DNA of 64,000 nucleotides, taken from Lama glama (Eukaryota). Numbering within the stretch: position 1 is the stretch's first letter; the number at the start of each line of letters is the position of its first letter. Made by a program: the position numbers and the translations under genes. The stretch covers positions 58,778,001-58,842,000 of the forward strand of contig CM052817.1 in NCBI GenBank assembly GCA_028534125.1, written 5' to 3'. Shown in pieces: positions 11,711-24,545 of the stretch. The notes under the pieces are model-generated. The model did not search any database. It had not been told where the DNA came from and saw nothing but the letters and a program-made list of their open reading frames with translations.

Positions 11711-12105
11711 TGTTAAAGCTCTAATATCAAGACCCTCAGGCAAACCTGTGGATCATATAAAGCTGGATTTATTAAACTTGCTGAGTAAGGGATAACACTC
11801 ATCTTTACAGAGAGAAAGTTAAAGAAAAGTCATATAGAGTCTGTGGGGCTGCGTTTAGTCATAGTGTGGTTTCAGGACAGATGCTGGTAAATGAGGTCTG
11901 GATATAGATTGGTCAGGATTTGAAAACTTAGGTGAGTTAATGAAACTGTCCATAGTCTTATTTGTTGTCTATGGAGATAACAGTTAAATTGGTTTGTGGT
12001 TGTATCCAGGAAAATACATAGATGTGACTGAGCTGGTGTTAAAACAATTTAAGCTTTAGGTGGTCTGGCAGAACATGGTTTGTGCAATTTATCTATGTTG
12101 CAAAC
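11711..12105 (-). mobile_element. Possible old ERV LTR
   Basis: Starts tgttaa; atttattaaacttgctg...agggataaca resembles an antisense LTR polyA region; gattggtc antisense CCAAT; family unresolved. Confidence 0.35.
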
Positions 12106-12274
12106 AGAAGTAGAATTTTGGGCTTTGTCTTCCGTCTCTAATACTTAGAATAGTACTTTCCCTTTACAATTTACTCTTTATCCATAGCCCTTTCATAGCA
12201 TTTAGGCAAGATCTTTTATTCTCTTGATTTAAATATTTTATAATTCACTAAAATATAAAGGTGCAAACCATTAT

Positions 12275-13225
12275 ATATTTTCCCAGCTTCATTGAGATAT
12301 AACTGACACATAACATTGTGTACCTTTAAGGGATACAACCTGTTAATTTGATGCACTTATATATTGAAAAATAATTACTATGATAGCTCTAGCTAATGCC
12401 TTCATCATCTCACATAATTACCATTTCTCTTTTGTGATAGGAATGTATAAAATCTACTGTCTTAACACTTTCAAGATAATAATACAGTATTATTAAATAT
12501 AATCACCATGTTGGACATTAAATTGCCAGAACTTACTTATCTTGTAACTGGAAGTTTGTGCCCTTTAAGCAGTCTCCCTGTTTTTACCAAACTCCAGCCC
12601 TTAATAAGCACCATTCTAGTCTCTGTTTCTGAGTTTGACTCTCTAAGATTGCACATATAACTGGTACCTCATGTTATTTTCTCTTTGTCTGACTTATTTC
12701 ACTTAGCATAACACCCTTAAAGTTAACCCATGTTGTTGTAAAAGGCAGGATTTCCTTCTTTCTCATGGTTGAGTAATATTCCTTGTATGTATATATCACA
12801 TCTGTTTTATCCATTCATCTGTCAACTGACATTTAGGTTGTTTTCATATCTTGGCTGTTTTGAATAATGCTGCAGTGGACATCAGAGTGCAGATATCTCT
12901 TCAATATCCTGTTTTCATTTCCTTTGGATATATACCCAGAAGTGGGATTGCTGAATAATAAGGGAGTTACATTTTTAATTTCTTAAGGAACCCCCCCCAT
13001 ACGGTTTCCATAATACATTCCCACCAACAGTGTAAAAGGGTTCCCTTTTTCTCTACATTCTTGCCAACACTTGTTATCTTGTCTTTTTGGTGATAGCCAT
13101 TCTAACAGTTGTGAAATGATATCTCATTGTGGTTTTGATTTGTATTTCCCTGATCATCAGTGATGTTGAACATCTTCTCATGCACCTGTTGGCCATCTGT
13201 TATGTCTTATTTGGGAAAATGTCTG
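12275..13225 (-). mobile_element. L1MA9-like 3' end including ORF2 terminus
   Basis: ttcattgagatataactgacacataacattgtgta...tatacccagaagtgggattgctg...atctcattgtggttttgatttgtatttccctgat; degenerate TSD aaaccattatat/aaaccagtatgt. Confidence 0.9.
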
Positions 13226-15540
13226 AAAACCAGTATGTTCTTTATCATATTTACTTAGTGGCTATTTTGTCTTGTTCTAGACTGGTATTTTCCTATAGGT
13301 CTTAACCAGATAAAGAATTCTTAGAGTTAAAAATGTATATAATAGTATAATTTCTGAGTAAATTCTTTTTAGGATGTAACTTTAATCAATGCTTTGAGAT
13401 TTTTGAATATTAGCCAGTTTCTTAAAAATACATGCTTCTGATACCAAGATACTAGTATTCAAAGTTGTTAAAATCACGAGCTAATTTGAGAGGAAAAGCA
13501 TTTTTATCATTTTTCTTTAAACTTGTATTTATTGTGTAGGAGTATCATTTTTATCTTTAGCATTAGATTTAATGTGTTGCTTAGATTATAACAGCATGCT
13601 TTGTCCCATAGATCTCTGGGGGTGCAAATCCATTCCTTTTTATAGTTAATCGCACTTTAGAGGAAAAGTTTGATAAGTACTGCTGTAGCAGATTCATTAT
13701 TAAACATAATCTCATTTATTTACATAAATTTTTAAGGTTTAATGTTTTCTAATGTTTGAAATATTCATAGTTTTATGTTTTTCACAGGTGTAGCCAATAT
13801 TTTACTAGAAATTATTAGAAAGAAGGTATCTGGCATAAAATTACAACTAAAATCCACATTTTGGTGGGGTGGAATAAGGAAAAACAAATTTAAAAGTCCT
13901 TGTCTTGAAATTTTCATTAGTTAATGACGTAGTATTGACATTTTTCTTTATCAGATCAATTTAACTTGCTCAGGAGACATATTTTTCTGAAATCTCAGCA
14001 TGGAATTTTAATGATGTTGAAATAAACCAGTTATTACTGTTGTTACTTATATTTTTATCTGATAAAAGAAAATAACGGATATTTTTAAAATTCTGTTAAC
14101 TATGTTAGCTGAGGGTCACCAGTGATATTTATACTTTATATTTGTTTTAAGAAATGTGTCAACTATATTTATAATATTATATGATAGATTTGATGGCCAC
14201 TTTGTTTAATTTTCATTGTTGCAGCTCCTACATATTTCCATTTGACTTTAACCGCAAATTTTAAGCTTTGGCAAAACTTGGGAAATTAGAAGCCATTTCA
14301 ATAAATAACTTAATGACATTCTCCTGATAGATTTGGCACAACTCAGTAGCCTGTTTGTTTTGTTTTGTTTTTCTTGAAAGCAGACTAATCAACAGCTGTG
14401 GCTAGACACAGCCTCTCTAAGTTAGAAAATGAAATATTGAACACCAAGATACGCTATGGAATATATATTATATAAATTTAACAAGGCTTCCATTTAGTAG
14501 TCCTTAGTGTCAGAACACAAATGTTCTACACAGTTTGCTAAGGTTTTTAAGCATTTTTAGGTTTGCCTGTTTTGAGGCAGATCTGGAAATTCTGAGGATA
14601 TGAAATCATCAAACATTTTTCTGTTGCTGCCAAAAAGATTGTTACACTGGGTAACAGGGAAGAATCGTGGAATCTTTTATGTGCACGTGCCTACACATTC
14701 TTTTAACAGTTGTCTTTCAGTCTCCTCTTGAATATTCCAGCAAAAGTAGACATAAACCTCTTCATTATGGAACAGCTTGAATTGCTTGAAAATATAATCA
14801 CTATCGATATTTGTGAATCTTTGTTTAGCATTTTGTGTGTCCTTCATCTAAATGATGAGACACATCTGGGATATAATATTTTGAAGGAAAATAAAAAAGA
14901 CCTGGGTTACCCCTTCTCAAAATACATTTTATCTATCTATGCCAGACCATCTGAAAAATGGGGAAACTAAGCCATCTGGAAAGGTTGTGAGAACTGTAGT
15001 TTCTTTCTGAATGTGTAAATTATTGAGGTAAAGAAAGACTGACTTTAATGAAGAAATAATTTCTTAGAGTAAGATAAGTGAAGTTCCTTTTGAAGTGAAA
15101 TAGGAAGAATGACTAGGAATTTCAGATGTCTAAGGTTAAAAAACGAGATGTTTCCCTCTCTTGAGTTTATGGCAGTAGTTTTCAGTCTCTAAGTTGGTGT
15201 CTCAGATGTCTGCAATGTTAAAACGTCCCCACGTAATTCTAATTTCTAGATGTGTTGAAAACCACCAGCCAGTAAACATAGGTCTTAGATTTTCCAGGAG
15301 AGAGGAATAGAAGTGAGAATGCAACAGAGGGGAAAAAAAGAGAGAGAGAGAGAAAGATTGATGGGAGAGAATGATCTGAAAATATATGAAGCACTACTAT
15401 CAGAAATCTTACAGTTCTAGCTCTGAGTTTTTAATTCCTCAGGATTTTAAATGGCCTAGGATGCCCAGAAGATGTCTTGTCTGAGATTTTTAGCCCTGGA
15501 TTAGCTCTTGAAACATCAATGGGCTTTAAGAGATTGTAGG

Positions 15541-16187
15541 AGGATGATATAAAACCGTTATCTCAAAGAGGTATCTGTGCTCCTGTGTTCATTACAGCAT
15601 TGTTCATAGTAGCCAAGGTATGGAAACAACCTTTGTGTACATCAGTGGAAAAACAGATCGAGACTGTGTGTATATACACAGTGGAATTTTATTCAGCATT
15701 CACTAAGAAGGAGGAATCCCTGACATTTATGACAAGGATAAAACTGGAGGGCTAGGTGAAATAAGCCAGATAAAGACAAAAACTGCATGGTATCCCTTCT
15801 ATGTGAAATTTTAAAAAGTCAGACTTGTAGAGTCAAAATAGAAAAGTGGTTGTCAGGAGTAGGATAATAGGGAGCAGTCGATATAGGGTATAAACTTTCA
15901 GTTACAAGATGAAAAAGTTCTGAAGATCTAATGTGTAACAAGATGACTCAGAGTTGATAACACTATACTGTACAATTGAAATTTGCTTAAAGAGTAGAAC
16001 TTAAGTGTTCTTACCAAATAAATAAATAAATGGTAATTATGTAAGGTGACGGATGTGTTACTTAGTTATGAGGGGAAGTCCTTTTGCTAAATCTACGTAT
16101 CTGTGTCTATATATAAGATCATCACATACACTCTAAATATCTTACAATTTTACTTATCAATTTGCCTCAATAAAACTGGAATAAAAA
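15541..16187 (+). mobile_element. L1MA9-like 3' end
   Basis: tctcaaagaggtatctg...gttcattacagcatt...tggaaacaacct...ctcaataaaactgga A-tail; TSD gattgtagg at 15532-15540 and 16189-16197. Confidence 0.9.
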
Positions 16188-16454
16188 GGATTGTAGGGCA
16201 TTATGAGATGGCTCCTTAATTGCCATATTATTCCTATTGCATATTGAGTATATTCATTATTCTTTTTTAAAAATGAAGCACCCCTTCACAATACACTGTT
16301 TGCAGGTGAGGAGTGTAGTACAATATTTCTCAAGTTTCTGGGAAACAGCAGCAACTACAAGATACATGCTACCCTGACAAGGACCTGAACTTTGTACTTT
16401 ATAGGTATCAATGACATGAATTGTATTGACTGGATCAAAATGTACTGCATAGTA

Positions 16455-16645
16455 ACACATTCTTAAAATATGATATGCATAACCAAACACAATATTTCAA
16501 GCTTAGTTTGGCCATTGCAGGGAATAGAAACTTACCTTTCTTGACCTGAATGTGATATAGCTCTTACTGTTGCCAGAGGTTTCGTTAACATTTCTGGCTG
16601 CTTTGTCAGATTCTGTGATCATTTTGAGCTTGCACTGAATATTCC
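16455..16645 (-). mobile_element. L3/CR1 LINE fragment
   Basis: Reverse strand reads caagctcaaaatga...tgacaaagcagccagaaatgttaa...caggtcaagaaaggt...tattgtgtttggtt...cattttaaga, like the CR1 RT 3' region. Confidence 0.6.
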
Positions 16646-16714
16646 TTACTTTTTGGGGAGTGTTTCTGGAAAGTGTGTCCAGGTTGCTCATACTTTCGAG
16701 TCAATGAAATTCTT

Positions 16715-16840
16715 CCTTGCAGATTCAGATTCTTGGACCCAGATATGCTAAATCAGAATCTCTGAGGGCAGGACCCAAGAATATATAAGCACAGTGTTTT
16801 CTTTATGTCTTTATAATACACCCTGTTTGAGAACAGGTCT
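16715..16840. mobile_element. MER5-like hAT-Charlie MITE fragment
   Basis: cagattcttggaccc...ctaaatcagaatctctgagggcaggacccaagaat...gtttgagaac. Confidence 0.65.
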
Positions 16841-17359
16841 TACGTTCCGCTGGGAGAGTTGGAGGGGCTGTTATCACCTACAGATATGTAGATTTGATAT
16901 GAGTTTGGCATTTGTGGGGAACAAAAAAAAATTAGCCAAAGACAGACTTGTGGTTGAGTCTGAGACTAGGCAGTGGAAGGGTTGGGGCAGGAAAGAACAA
17001 AATAAATAACAAATTGAGAAGCTTGACTTAGAGTCAAAAGAATAATCCATATTGGGAAACAAATATAAAGCAGTGCTGTGGAATAATGGAAAATAAGTGG
17101 TAGTCAGAAAGCTATATTTAAAAGTAGGGAATTATTTCGAGTTAGTGATTCTGCACTGCAACTGTTTTGTGCTGCTACAGGAAAAAAAAAAAAGATTATT
17201 TCCAATACTTCATGAAACCCAATCTTACCTGGTTCCCAATGCTTTGCAGTTCTAATACAAATATTAGTCCTCATTCTATATGCGAGAGTTGTTATTTAAA
17301 AATTTTTTTTAATTCTGAAATTTCATAATTTAACTACTATACTGGAGGTCAATGTTTTG

Positions 17360-17756
17360 GTTTTTGTTTAATTGAATTTTTATTGAGGTCTAATTGACAT
17401 ACAACATTATATTCATTTCAGCTGTAATGATTCAATATTTGTATATATTGTGAAATAATCACCACAATAAATCTAGTTAACATTTGTCACCACAGATACA
17501 GATTTTTTTTTGAGATGAGAATTTTCAAGATCTATTCTCAGCAACTTTCAGTTATGCAGTACAGTATTATTAATTATAATCACCATGCTGTACATTAAAT
17601 GCCCATGATTTATTTTATAACTGGAGATTTGTACCTTTTGACTCCTTTCACCCACCCTGCACCCCTCCTACCCTTACCTGTGCAAACCACCAATCTGTCC
17701 TCTGTATCTGTATGCTTAGAGTTTGGGTTTTTGTTTGTTTAGATTCCACATCTGAG
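17360..17756 (-). mobile_element. L1MA-type 3' end
   Basis: tttattgaggtctaattgacatacaacattat...aagatctattctcagcaactttca...aaccaccaatctg...agattccacat. Confidence 0.85.
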
Positions 17757-18066
17757 TCAGTAGATTGGTGTTTCTTAAACTTGTGTGTTACTAGATCATG
17801 ATAACTGCAGAATCCCAGGCTCCGCCCTCAGACTAAATTTTTAGCCTTGTTTGGGGGCACCTAGGAGTCTTCCTTTAGTTAGTCACTCAAGTAGCTTTGT
17901 GAGGAAGTGATCTGCATATTCCTCTTGATCCTTTCATCTTGCTCCTCCAGGATATTCCTCCTTTCAAGCCCTTTCTAATCGAATCTTCAACTTCTCTGTT
18001 GCCTTGGATTCTTCTCAGTATGAACAAATTTGACACTTGGATTATGAGATTATTTCCTTTTAAAGT

Positions 18067-18550
18067 TATATTAGTTGCTTAGAGCTGCCTAACAAAATTA
18101 CCCACAAGTAGGTGACTGAAAACAACTGAAATTGATGATTGTCTCACAGTTCTGGAGCTTGAAAGTCTGAAATTACAGCATCAGCAAGCCATGCCTTTTC
18201 TGAAGGCCCTAGAGAAGGATCCTTCCTTCCCTCTTCCAGCTTCTGGTAGCCCTGGGCCTCCCTTGGTTTACAGCAGCATAACTCCAATCTGTGTCAGTCT
18301 TCGTACACTGTCTTCCCTCTGTGTGTATATGTCTCTCTGTCTTTCACATGATGTTCTTCTCCTTGTGTTTTCATTTTCTTCTTGTAAGGACACCAGACAT
18401 TTTGGACAAAGGCCAACCGTAATGTGGTATAATCTCATCCTAACCTGATAATATGTGCAAAGATCCTATTTCCAAATAAGGTCACATTTACAACTATCAG
18501 AGGTTAGGACTTGAAGATATCTTTTGGGGAGCACAAGTCAACCCATAGCA
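18067..18550 (-). mobile_element. MLT1C-like MaLR solo LTR within L2 remnants
   Basis: tctcacagttctggag...cttccagcttctggt...cttgtaaggacaccag...ctatttccaaataaggtcacatt...caacccatagca; near-TSD aaagt/aaact. Confidence 0.9.
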
Positions 18551-19224
18551 AAACTGTATGTTACAGTCTAGCTACTTCCCCACCTCTCTCCTTTCTTCCT
18601 TAACTAAGATTCTGGAACAAATGGTCTACACCTACTGTTGTCACTTTTTTTGTCTCCTACTGCAGTCTGGCTTTGGATCCCACTAGCCCACTGAAGCTGT
18701 GTTTGCTAGAGTAATTACTGAACATTTAGTTGACAAATCAGAGGAGGACTTGTTAGTTCTTGTCTTATTTGATATCTTTACTCCAGAGTATTGAGCATTC
18801 TATTCTTGAAGCTCCTTCTATTTCAATGAACCTAAATCAACCTGGTTACATACAACTTTCAGTTTCATTTTAGTAGATCAATATAGCCATGAAAGATGTT
18901 ATAATGAAAGCAAATCTTACATAAAATTGTGCCACACATGCAGGTAATTTTAATTGAACTTTAGAAGCACTAGCAGAAAAATAGTTCCTGAGACCTGTGC
19001 TCTTTGCTGGGAGAACTTACTGTTCTGTCCTTTCTGTATCGGAACCATCACTGTGCATGTGAAGTTTATGCAAAACAGGTACATCAAAAGGCAGAATTCT
19101 GTTACTTTATGTATCACATTACCCATACAGTAGTATTTGAAGTAAAATTAAAGACATCATTATAATGTAACTCTCACCTTATTTTCTTTCTCTATCTAGG
19201 AATACTGCTCCTTTTTCTTCAATG

Positions 19225-19802
19225 ATTCTTTTACTCATATTACTACTGTGAGTAATAAATGATACTACAACTGTCTTAGTGGCCTAAGACACTATACCAT
19301 TTATTATCTCACAGTTTTTGCAGGTCAGGAGTTTTGGTGGGTCATGTATAGCTTAGCTGTGTCTTTTACTTAGAGACTTAGAAAGCTTTTATCTCATCTG
19401 AGGCTTCACTGGGGAAGGATTCACTTAAAAACTTATTCAGATTATTGGCAGAACTCCAGTTCCTTACAGTTTTATGGCTGAGGTCCTCAATTCCTTGCTG
19501 GCTCTTAGCTGCAGGCCACCTTCAGCAGCTGGAGGTCATTTGTGGTTCCTCAATACATGAAGTTCTTCAACATGACCATTTGTTTCCTCAAGGCCAGTAA
19601 AAGAGAGAGACTCCAGCAGGATGAATGCTACAATTTTATGTAGTCATATAATCATATATTGACAATCATGTCCATTCCACCTGTTGTTTAGAAGCAAGTC
19701 ACAGATTCTACTCACACTCAAGAAATGGGGCTCACACACAGGCATGAACACCAGGAGGTGAGCTTCATGGGAGCCACCTTATATGTCTTCTGTCCCCCTA
19801 CA
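19225..19802 (-). mobile_element. MLT1E/F-like MaLR LTR
   Basis: ttagtggcctaa...atttattatctcacagttt...ggtcaggagt...agaagcaagtcaca...ggcatgaacaccaggaggtg...gggagccacctt. Confidence 0.8.
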
Positions 19803-19815
19803 TTTAGTCTTTTCA

Positions 19816-19926
19816 CTATTCTGCTTAAGTAATCTCCTTCATATATGACTTCAACTGATAGCTATACTCTATTCTGCTTAAGTAATCTCCTTCATATATG
19901 ACTTCAACTGATAGCTATACTCTATT
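19816..19926. repeat. Perfect 53-bp tandem duplication
   Basis: ctattctgcttaagtaatctccttcatatatgacttcaactgatagctatact starts at 19816 and 19869; a third ctatt at 19922. Confidence 0.97.
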
Positions 19927-20129
19927 GATTCCAAAATCTATATCCCAGCCTAAATATCTCTCCAAACCTCTCAATCTAGTCAACTCTCTTTAGATATTGT
20001 TATGTGAATGTAGACATTTCTATGTGAAAACCAATAGCAACACTCTTCCTTTGTCTCCAAATTGTTTCTCCCTCTTTTTGCCTTCATAGATGATGACACA
20101 TCCTGCATCAGGTACATGTGATCATGAAC

Positions 20130-20232
20130 CTCAGACTATGATTTACTTATTCTGGGGTGGACCCCTGAGCATCAGTATTTTCAAGAAGATTTCCAAGTGA
20201 TTCTAATTTGTAACTGTGAATGGTAACTGATG
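20130..20232. mobile_element. MER5-like fragment
   Basis: tctggggtggacccctgagcatcagtatttt...ttccaagtgattctaat. Confidence 0.55.
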
Positions 20233-20239
20233 ATCTATG

Positions 20240-20430
20240 GTATTACTCTGCTTTTTCTGCTTGGTGACATGTATCATAACCTGAAATTATTATACTTTAT
20301 TGCATTATTCTTTTTGTCTCTCCCTTAGAATGTAAACTCCTTGAAAGGTTGTTCATCACTGTATCACCAATATGTATAGCAATGTTTGGCATATAGTAGA
20401 TATTCAGTATCTTACTTATTAAATGATAAA
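20240..20430 (+). mobile_element. L2 3' end
   Basis: tgtctctcccttagaatgtaaactccttga...tgttcatcactgtatcacca...tggcatatagtagatattca. Confidence 0.75.
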
Positions 20431-20434
20431 TATC

Positions 20435-20635
20435 ACTTATTATTGGTCAGCATTAAGCTAAGTGTTTTATATATATTATTTTATTAATCTCACAAAACTC
20501 TTATGAGTTATTTTAATTCTAATATATTTCTTTTATTAATTAGGTAAGTGAGGCAAAGTAATTTATCCAAGGTTACATGTAAAGTAGAACTAAGATTCTG
20601 AACTCTAGAGCTCATGATTTTGACCAATATGCTCT
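20435..20635 (-). mobile_element. MIR fragment
   Basis: agcattaagctaagtgtttt...taatctcacaaaactcttatgag...gtgaggca...ttatccaaggttaca. Confidence 0.55.
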
Positions 20636-22879
20636 ACATATGCTTTCCAACTATATGTATTTTTTGTTCAAATTTCTATGCTTTTGAGTGTGTTTTTTTT
20701 TTTTTGGAATAACCTCTTCATTTGGTGATTTTTTACTCCACTGTGGTAGGATTGAAAGTCAAATCATCTGTCTCCACCAGTTTCTTCATTTCACTCAACA
20801 GCCTTACATATTCTGTTTTCTAACTGATATTTATTCTAAATGTAATTATTATCAAGCAGTGCAGACTGTTTGTTCTTCAACAGTGTTCTAGACACAGCAG
20901 AAGCATACCATCTGCCATTCTCCTCATTCTGTGCTTTGATCCATAACTTCCATCCACAAATCTCTTTGCATTTTACAATCATGAATTCCCCAAACATCCT
21001 ACGAGGAAAATGAATGTTATCTTAATTTTATAGATGCATAAAGTGAAATGTAGACTAATTAAATAAGTTCTTCAAGGACAGTGAGTTGGTTGGGAATCAA
21101 GGTTAACATTGAACTTTCCAGATTCCCATTTCTAAAAGGAATGAATGGTGTCTTAAGTTGGTTTCACCATATGTAGTTGAAAATGTGTATTGTAAGCTTT
21201 CTCAATGTAACCTCCATTAGTTTTTGGACATTGCCCAGAAGAATTCACAGTAAATTGATACTCAGCCCTTAGATATGTATGCAGTTTTCATCTGTTTGCT
21301 TCTGTGGGAGATAGAAAAATGAAACTGAAGAAAGAATTTAGCCCATAGTAATTATATCTTCCAGTAGAGACTCTGGTAATTATGTTTAGAGATTTTTTTT
21401 CACTATATAATTTAAAGGTTCTTATGTTGTAATGTAGCTCTAATTTAGCATATAGAGTAAGCAGCTAATTAAGCTGAGACTACTTTCTACTCACAGCCAA
21501 CATTTAGAACATAATCAGAGTTATTATTACAGAATTGTTTAAAGTTATATTACTGTTTATGAGTATGAACCCAAACCAAAATGCATAGCATAATAATGTA
21601 ATTAAGAAATGCTACATTATTTCAGTGTGTTGCCATTCAAATAACCAAATTAGAACTATATGTTCATTTCACCAATGATGGGTTGTGACACTCATAAAAG
21701 AACCTTAGTTGATTTGTAACCTATTGTATCTGGCTTTTAAACAAAATGTTTTTTTGGTTTTTTTTTTAATTCTTAATATTTGAAATGTAAAATTGATTTA
21801 GAAACAACATGTATAGTGCACCACTTCTGCATAATTTTTAATTTGTTCAGTTGTTGAGATTTTGTTGGATCAAAATATAACTTTAGATGCATAGTCAAAT
21901 CATTGTGATTGAAATGATCTTTTAGAAAGTCCAACAAATAAGAAGTAATATATAAATAAGAAAAAGAAATTAGTATACAAAAGAGAATCTGAGTTTAGCT
22001 AGGATTTTATTTTTGTCTGCATGTGTGATTTCAATCACTGATAAGCATATGCAGTAATATAAGATTTCCTGGTAATATGAGAAATCTGTTCTTCAGATGT
22101 ATATCTTAGACAGGCATTAGATGTAAATCTTTTTAATGAATGATGTTTCTAATCAGGGGCTTTTCTAATTTCTGTTCTACAAACTCCTAAAATAGAATTT
22201 GCTGAGTTTTACAATTTAAATATTAACCTCCTAAGATGGCTGCTTCATTAATAGTGAGTAGATGATACCTCAATTTATTTCTTATTTCTGAAGGCTTTCC
22301 ATTTATTTGCACATCCCACAGTACTTATTTTTAAGAACAAAATAAAAATGAATTGAATCAATACAACTGGCAGTGTGACTATTATGGATTCTAATTGAAT
22401 AGCCAAGGGAGAATGACATGGCATTTATCAGCTGGACTAAAACTGCAATCATTCTACAAGTAGAATCCTTCTACTGATTTACCAAAGTTCTCACCACCAA
22501 ATTTCACATCAACCGTCCTTCCCTCCTCTACCATCCCAAACCATTAGCAAACACTAATATGTTTTCCATTCTAAAATGTTGTCATTTCAAAATGTTTTAT
22601 AAGTGAAATAATAATTTATGTAATTTTTTGAAATTGGCTTTTCCCCACTCAGAAAAATCCAACTGTGTGTCAATAATGTTCCTTTTTATTAGAGAGTAGT
22701 AGTCGATGGTAGTTATGTACCATGATTTGTGTAACCATTCGACCACTGAAGGACATTTTTGCTGTCTCCAGGTTTTAAATATTATGAATAAAACTTTTGT
22801 GAAATGTATGTACAAGTTTTTGCATGAACTGTTTTTATATCCCTGGAATAAATGCCCAAGAGTACAATTGCTGAGTTGT

Positions 22880-23387
22880 AGTATTAGTTTCTTTTTTCTA
22901 CTATAACAAATTATCATAAGTTTAGTGACTTAATATAATACTTGTTATTTTGTAATTAGGGCCTGCTGGCCTACAATCAAACTAACTGTAGGGCTGTGTT
23001 CCTTCTGGAACTTCTAGCAAATAAACTTTTTGCCACGTTTCCAAATTTTGGAGGCTGTTATCCTTGATCATGGGTCTTTCCTTTATCTTCAAAGCCAGCA
23101 GTATGACATCTTTAAATCTCTCTCCCCCACCTCTGTTTCTGTCCTCACATCTTCTTCTCTGACTGAGATGATTCTTCTTACCTCTTTCTCTTATAAGAAC
23201 CTTGGGGAATATACTAGACTCATCTGGATAATCCAGCTTTAATCTTTCCATTTTAAGATCCTTAATTTAATCACATCTGCAAAGTCACTTTTGCCAATTA
23301 AACTAACATATACACTGGTTCTGGAGCTTAGGATGTGGATATATTCTGTTCAGGGCGGGGCAGGTTGGCACTCTTCTGCTTATCACA
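22880..23387 (-). mobile_element. MLT1D-like MaLR solo LTR
   Basis: gtattagttt...ataacaaattatc...atcttcaaagccagca...ggataatccag...ttaatcacatctgcaaagtc...ttaggatgtgga...ctgcttatcaca. Confidence 0.9.
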
Positions 23388-23689
23388 GATGGTAATTGTA
23401 TGTCTAGTTTTATGAGAAATTCAAACTTTTCCAGAGTGACTTGCCATTTGTATTCATACCAATATATGAATGATCCAGCGTCTTTGCATCTGTACCAGTA
23501 TTGAGTCTTGCCACTATTTTTTATTTTATTGATCCTGATAAAATATAGTGAGAACTCATGGTTTTAATTTATATTTCCCTGATGGCTAATGCTGAACATC
23601 TTATTATGTGTTTATTTGTAATTGACATATCTTTGGTGAGATATCTGTTTATTTCTTTTGCCTGTTTCTAACTGAATTATTTGGGGGGT

Positions 23690-23729
23690 TTTTTGTTTGT
23701 TTTGTTTTGTTTTGTTTTGTTTTGTTTTT
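23690..23729. repeat. (TTTTG)n pentanucleotide repeat
   Basis: Direct reading. Confidence 0.9.
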
Positions 23730-24468
23730 ACTGTTGAAGTTTGAGTATTCTCTATATATTCCGGATAGTAGTTCTTAGTCAGCTATGTGGTTTACAAATC
23801 TTTTCTTCCAGTCTGTAGCTTGTCTTATCTCTTCACATGGTATCTCACAGAGCAAAAGTTGTTTATTCTTATGAGCCATATTGCTTCTGATTTAGTAAAT
23901 TATTCTTGCTAATTCTTAGCACTACTGAATTTTTTAGGAAGGCTGGTAAGAGAATTACAGGATAATTGACAGATCATATTTGTAAATTGCTGCATTAAAA
24001 TAAATAGGATCCCACATATTAGTTTACTCTTGGGTATTGTCACATACACTGTGAGAGCTAAATTCATCTGTAACTTTCATGCCACATATTAGGGGTATCA
24101 TAATCCCTCTTATTAAGCCAAAACATGACACTTTGGTAAATTTCCTTATGCTACATGGAGGGAAATTCTACTAATCAGTTGCTAGAATTGATCAGCTTAT
24201 TGAAAATCATGGACTATGTATTTATTTGTCTTAATTTTCAATTATTTATACTGGTTTAGAAAGCAAGTGAATTGTGTGTGAGATCCTGTGGGAAAAAATA
24301 GTCTTTGTTAAAATATCTTAAGACATATTTCTTTTTTGGTAACAATATACCTGTATATTCACTTCTTCCCAAGTACATCCCAGTGGTTTTCAATAAAGAA
24401 AACACATGCTTCAGAAGGACCATAAAAGTAAGTAATTAATATGATTATATGACTTTTAGCTTTCTGGA

Positions 24469-24471
<3 letters not shown>

Positions 24472-24511
<40 letters not shown>

Positions 24512-24545
24512 CTCTCTCTCTCTCTCTCTCTCTTTTTCTCTCTCC
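24472..24545. repeat. Compound (CA)n(CT)n microsatellite
   Basis: Direct reading. Confidence 0.97.

Larger units (their letters stand above)
22470..23875 (-). mobile_element. L1MB/MC-type 3' region interrupted by MLT1D
   Basis: gcaaacactaatatgttttcc...gaaggacattt...aaatgcccaagagtacaattgctg | atggtaattgtatgt...atttccctgatggctaatg...cagagcaaaagtt. Confidence 0.85.

Noticed and set aside
13770..13832. Micro-exon after tttttcacag
   Set aside because: Weak donor (gtatct) and no supporting context
16503..16691. Minus-strand exon ending at strong donor AAG|GTAAGT
   Set aside because: Better explained as an L3/CR1 remnant; no acceptor support
19816..19926. CRISPR-like repeat
   Set aside because: Two adjacent copies without spacers, in mammalian DNA
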